Source: Eledone cirrhosa (taxonomy: Eukaryota). Taken from it: a DNA stretch of 64,000 nucleotides. The position numbers and the translations under genes are program-made. The stretch covers positions 33,108,001 to 33,172,000 of the forward strand of contig OZ024749.1 of NCBI GenBank assembly GCA_964016885.1, given 5' to 3'. Position 1 is the first letter of the stretch. Each line of letters opens with the position of its first letter. Under the pieces are notes generated by a model. The model saw only the letters and a program-made list of their open reading frames with translations. It searched no databases and was not told the DNA's origin. This document shows, piece by piece, positions 59,161 to 64,000 of this stretch.

Positions 59161-59333
59161 TGGTGGATTGGCAGTATCGGTGGAGGGTCGGACGCCATAG
59201 TTACGTCCCTTTACGATCTGAGTTCAAATCCCGCCGAGGTTGACTTTGCCTTTCATCCTTACGGGGTCGATAAAATAAAGTACCAGTAATGCACTGGGTA
59301 ATTGCTGGCCTTGTGCCTAAAGTAGAAACAATT
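59161..59333 (+). mobile_element. SINE family A; further copies at 60012-60105 and 61180-61345
   Basis: Head and core motifs present. Confidence 0.78.
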
Positions 59334-59629
59334 ATTATATATGTATGTGTCTGTGTGTGTATATATATATATATATTTATTTATATGCATGCATATATAT
59401 ATATATGTATATATATATGTATATATATATGTATATATATGTATATATGCATGTATATAAATAAATATATATATATGTATATATATATGTATATATGCAT
59501 GTATATAAATAAATATATATATATGTATATATATGTATATATGCATGTATATAAATAAATATATATATATGTATATATATGTATATATGCATGCATATAA
59601 ATAAATATATATATATATGTATATGTAAA

Positions 59630-59930
59630 AGTAAAATTTCCGCTTGGTTGGTTGGTTCAACACACACAAAAACAAGATGGCGTAGGACAGAACAAAGGAG
59701 AGGCACAAAAACAAAGAAAAGAATCCCCAGTCACTGAAGAGGTCACAGAATGTGTGACGAAAGAACTTTCACAATATATAAACAATCATCTGGTTGTGGA
59801 ACCAACCAACCAACCAATCGGAAATTTATAAATTCCTAAATTTATAAATTTATTATAATAAATTGAAGTGAAAGCAACTGGTGCGTGTGTTTCTTATTGG
59901 TAACATGACCCTCCCAAAATATAACAATAT
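59630..59930 (+). mobile_element. Third, diverged copy of the 57-kb hammerhead element with a short 5' inversion
   Basis: 59670-59930 matches 57355-57615. CTGAAGA at 59734-40 with the 3' strand of stem I mutated. 59632-59657 is an inverted copy of about 59798-59829. Confidence 0.75.
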
Positions 59931-60488
59931 TTATATATATTTATATATATATGATGTATATTTATATATATATATATTCATATATATATATATATATATA
60001 TGTATGTATCTTTAACTTTGCCTTTCATCCTTACGGGGTCGATAAAATAAAGTACCAGTAATACACTGGTTAATTGGTGGCGTTGTGCCAAAAGTAGAAA
60101 CAATTATCAACATTACATGTGATGGTGATGATGTTAATGATAGTGATGAGTGTGATGGCGATGAGGAGTAGGAGGGTGGTGGAGGGGGTGGTGGTGGTGG
60201 TGATTACTTACATCAATAAATACTAAAAATATCTAGATTGAAATTTAAGCCTGATCATCAAGTAATGAGTATAAAATAAATTAAAACCACCACCACCACT
60301 ACCACCACCACCACCACCTACAACAATAACAACAGTAACAACAACAATGTCAGCAACAATAACAACAGCAACAACAATAACCATATGAATATCAATAACA
60401 ACAACTATAGTAACAACAATATCAATATAAAGAAATTACAAACAAGTTTAGTTAATGAAGCAGATTGAAGTATATAAATAGATATGTA

Positions 60489-60548
<60 letters not shown>

Positions 60549-60678
60549 TATGTATGTGTGTATGTATATATGTATCTGTGTATGTGTGTATGTGTATGTG
60601 TATGTGTGTGTGAGTGTGTATGTATGTGTTTCTATGTATGCGTATTTGTTTGTATGCATGTATGCATGTGTGTATGTA

Positions 60679-60747
<69 letters not shown>

Positions 60748-61396
60748 ATGTATGTATGTGTGTGTGTGTATGAATGTGTGTATGTATGTATGTATGTATG
60801 TATGTGTGTGTGTGTATGAATGTGTGTATGTATGTATGTATGTGTATGTGAGTGTGTGTGTATGTATGTATGCGTGTTTGTTTGTATGTATGTTTGTATG
60901 TATGTGTGCATGTGTGTATGTATGTATGTATGTATGTATGTGTGTGTGTGTATGAATGTGTGTATGTATGTATGTATGTATGTATGTATGTGTGTGTGTG
61001 TATGAATGTGTGTATGTATGTATGTATGTGTATGTGAGTGTGTGTGTATGTATGTATGCGTGTTTGTTTGTATGTATGTTTGTATGTATGTGTGCATGTG
61101 TGTATGTATGTATGTATGTATGTAGGTATGTATGTATGTATGTATGTTCTGGTTTTATTATTTTAGACTCTTTCGGTGTTGATTGGCAGTATCAAGTTTG
61201 GCGCATAGAGTTACGGCCCTTTCCATTCTGAATTCAATTCCTGCCGAGGTTAACTTTGCCTTTCATACTTACGGGGTCGATAAAATAAAGTACCAGTAAT
61301 CCACTGGGACAATTGCTGGCCTTGTGCCAAAAGTAGAAACAATTATTTTAGACTCTTTCATTGGAATTTAGACATCAACTGGGTAAGTATATATAT

Positions 61397-61447
<51 letters not shown>

Positions 61448-61645
61448 TGTGTCTGTGTGTGTGTCTGTGTGTGTGTGTGTGTGTGTGTCTGTGTCTGTGT
61501 ATGTGTGCAGGAATGTGTGGATCTGTATGTTTTGAGTAATATGTGTGTACGTGCATATGTTATTACATGCTGAATTTCTGAAATTTTACAGTTCCATTAA
61601 TAGACTGTATTTCCAATTTCCTAATTAGCTCCAACAATCCCAGCT

Positions 61646-62654
61646 ACAAATCTAAAGGGATATTCAGAGTGAAGTATCTGCGGATTCCTCATTAGTTCAG
61701 CACAAATCTAAAGGGATATTCAGAGTGAAGTATCTGCGGATTCCTCATTAGTTCAGCACAAATCTAAAGGGATATTCAGAGTGAAGTATCTGCGGATTCC
61801 TCATTAGTTCAGCACAAATCTAAAGGGATATTCAGAGTGAAGTATCTGCGGATTCCTCATTAGTTCAGCACAAATCTAAAGGGATATTCAGAGTGAAGTA
61901 TCTGCGGATTCCTCATTAGTTCAGCACAAATCTAAAGGGATATTCAGAGTGAAGTATCTGCGGATTCCTCATTAGTTCAGCACAAATCTAAAGGGATATT
62001 CAGAGTGAAGTATCTGCGGATTCCTCATTAGTTCAGCACAAATCTAAAGGGATATTCAGAGTGAAGTATCTGCGGATTCCTCATTAGTTCAGCACAAATC
62101 TAAAGGGATATTCAGAGTGAAGTATCTGCGGATTCCTCATTAGTTCAGCACAAATCTAAAGGGATATTCAGAGTGAAGTATCTGCGGATTCCTCATTAGT
62201 TCAGCACAAATCTAAAGGGATATTCAGAGTGAAGTATCTGCGGATTCCTCATTAGTTCAGCACAAATCTAAAGGGATATTCAGAGTGAAGTATCTGCGGA
62301 TTCCTCATTAGTTCAGCACAAATCTAAAGGGATATTCAGAGTGAAGTATCTGCGGATTCCTCATTAGTTCAGCACAAATCTAAAGGGATATTCAGAGTGA
62401 AGTATCTGCGGATTCCTCATTAGTTCAGCACAAATCTAAAGGGATATTCAGAGTGAAGTATCTGCGGATTCCTCATTAGTTCAGCACAAATCTAAAGGGA
62501 TATTCAGAGTGAAGTATCTGCGGATTCCTCATTAGTTCAGCACAAATCTAAAGGGATATTCAGAGTGAAGTATCTGCGGATTCCTCATTAGTTCAGCACA
62601 AATCTAAAGGGATATTCAGAGTGAAGTATCTGCGGATTCCTCATTAGTTCAGCA
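61646..62654. repeat. 56-bp tandem array, 18 apparently identical copies
   Basis: Unit acaaatctaaagggatattcagagtgaagtatctgcggattcctcattagttcagc. Confidence 0.98.
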
Positions 62655-62962
62655 TAAATGTTCTCCTTTTCACTAATCTTTAACATTTCATTGATATTGG
62701 CTTGGCACCTGATTTACACTACGGTGCATGCTTTTTTTTCTCTGTCCTACATCACTATGTCTGATCTGTTATGTTTGCATGTTATTGGGGTTTTGACTGG
62801 AACATTCCAACAGTACTCTTTCATATTATGTATGCATATGCCTTTCACATCAATGTAACTTTTAATATGTTCATTCTCAGAGCCATCCTTTCTATAGATT
62901 GCACTCTACAGTGTTTTGTCCACTACATAATGCAAAACAAATACAAAAACGAAGTATATATA

Positions 62963-63215
62963 TAGAAGTGGTTACACAACAGTTAGTTCACCATACTGAG
63001 AACAATTGTTTTACCTTAGCGGATCTTCAGCTCGTAATGGACATCGTTATACGGTTATTCCGTATAACCATGTCCATTACGAGCTGAAGATCCGGTAAGG
63101 TGAAACAATTGTTCTTGGTATGGTGAACTAACTGTTGTCTAACCACTTCTACCTAACTCGTCCCATGGACTGAGTGCTCTACCACAACGGATATTACCTT
63201 CCAGTGTTCTACCAC
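62963..63215 (+). mobile_element. Fold-back element with a minimal hammerhead
   Basis: Arms 62963-63054 and 63060-63151 with loop ttatt. ccattacgag / CTGAAGA (63084-90) / tcc-ggtaa-ggt / GAAA (63102-05) / caattg / TT / cttggtatgg. Confidence 0.7.
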
Positions 63216-63221
63216 TACACA

Positions 63222-63336
<115 letters not shown>

Positions 63337-63415
63337 CAACCATAAGCGGCCATCTTGGTTTTCCATTTTTCTCATGACAGGCTGAAGAAACTTTACCTAC
63401 TTATGTCACTGTTGT

Positions 63416-63524
<109 letters not shown>

Positions 63525-64000
63525 ACGTTGAAGAAAACAAGAATGAATACTCAATAACGAAGTAGAGTTTGAGTCGAAACTAATGATTCTGTGAGTAGAC
63601 AGGTGAAACTCCAGACAGCCATAATAAAGCATATTACACACACACGCGCGTACACACGCACACATACACACACACACACGCAAACAAACACACACATGTG
63701 CACACACATACATATATATGTAGCAAAAGGTAACAATAGATAAAAGGAAGGAAAAAAGAATTTCATTAAACGAAACGAAAAAAAAAACTTCAACACGAAA
63801 CAGGAGAAAAAAAGACTTCAAAGTATAAAGAACTACAATAAGGGGAGAGCATCTGCTGATGAGGTTTCAGTTTCCATTATTAATTTTAAAACAGGAGCGA
63901 AAGAAGGAAAAACAATAAACAATTAAATAAGAGGCAAGAAACCGAAAATAAAGTTAAAATAATGAATATTCTGTTTTGAGAAGGAGAAACGAACCTAAAA

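Noticed and set aside
63851-63905. CTGATGA...GAAA near the window end
   Set aside because: No pairing stems II or III.

Overview
A very AT-rich, microsatellite-saturated eukaryotic non-coding region. It is most likely cephalopod (Octopus-like), inferred from the (TA)n/(TATG)n load and the recurrent tRNA-related SINEs; I cannot verify this. I find no supportable host protein-coding gene, and nearly all ORF-track entries are translations of microsatellites. Between the microsatellites are SINEs, LINE fragments (two internally deleted RTE-like copies with a C2H2 finger, Tx1-like 3' ends, a CRE-like endonuclease end), hAT and Tc1 MITEs, a Helitron/HINE-like element and several young tandem arrays (105, 98, 57 and 56 bp). 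The main signal is a set of at least six unrelated short elements, mostly lying next to (TA)n tracts, that carry type I hammerhead ribozyme cores (CTGANGA...GAAA...NTH). Many are fold-back inverted repeats whose apex is at or near the ribozyme, the architecture of Penelope-like elements and retrozymes. The copies at 38299-38380 and 57414-57458 look structurally intact. All folds were read by eye and none was computed.
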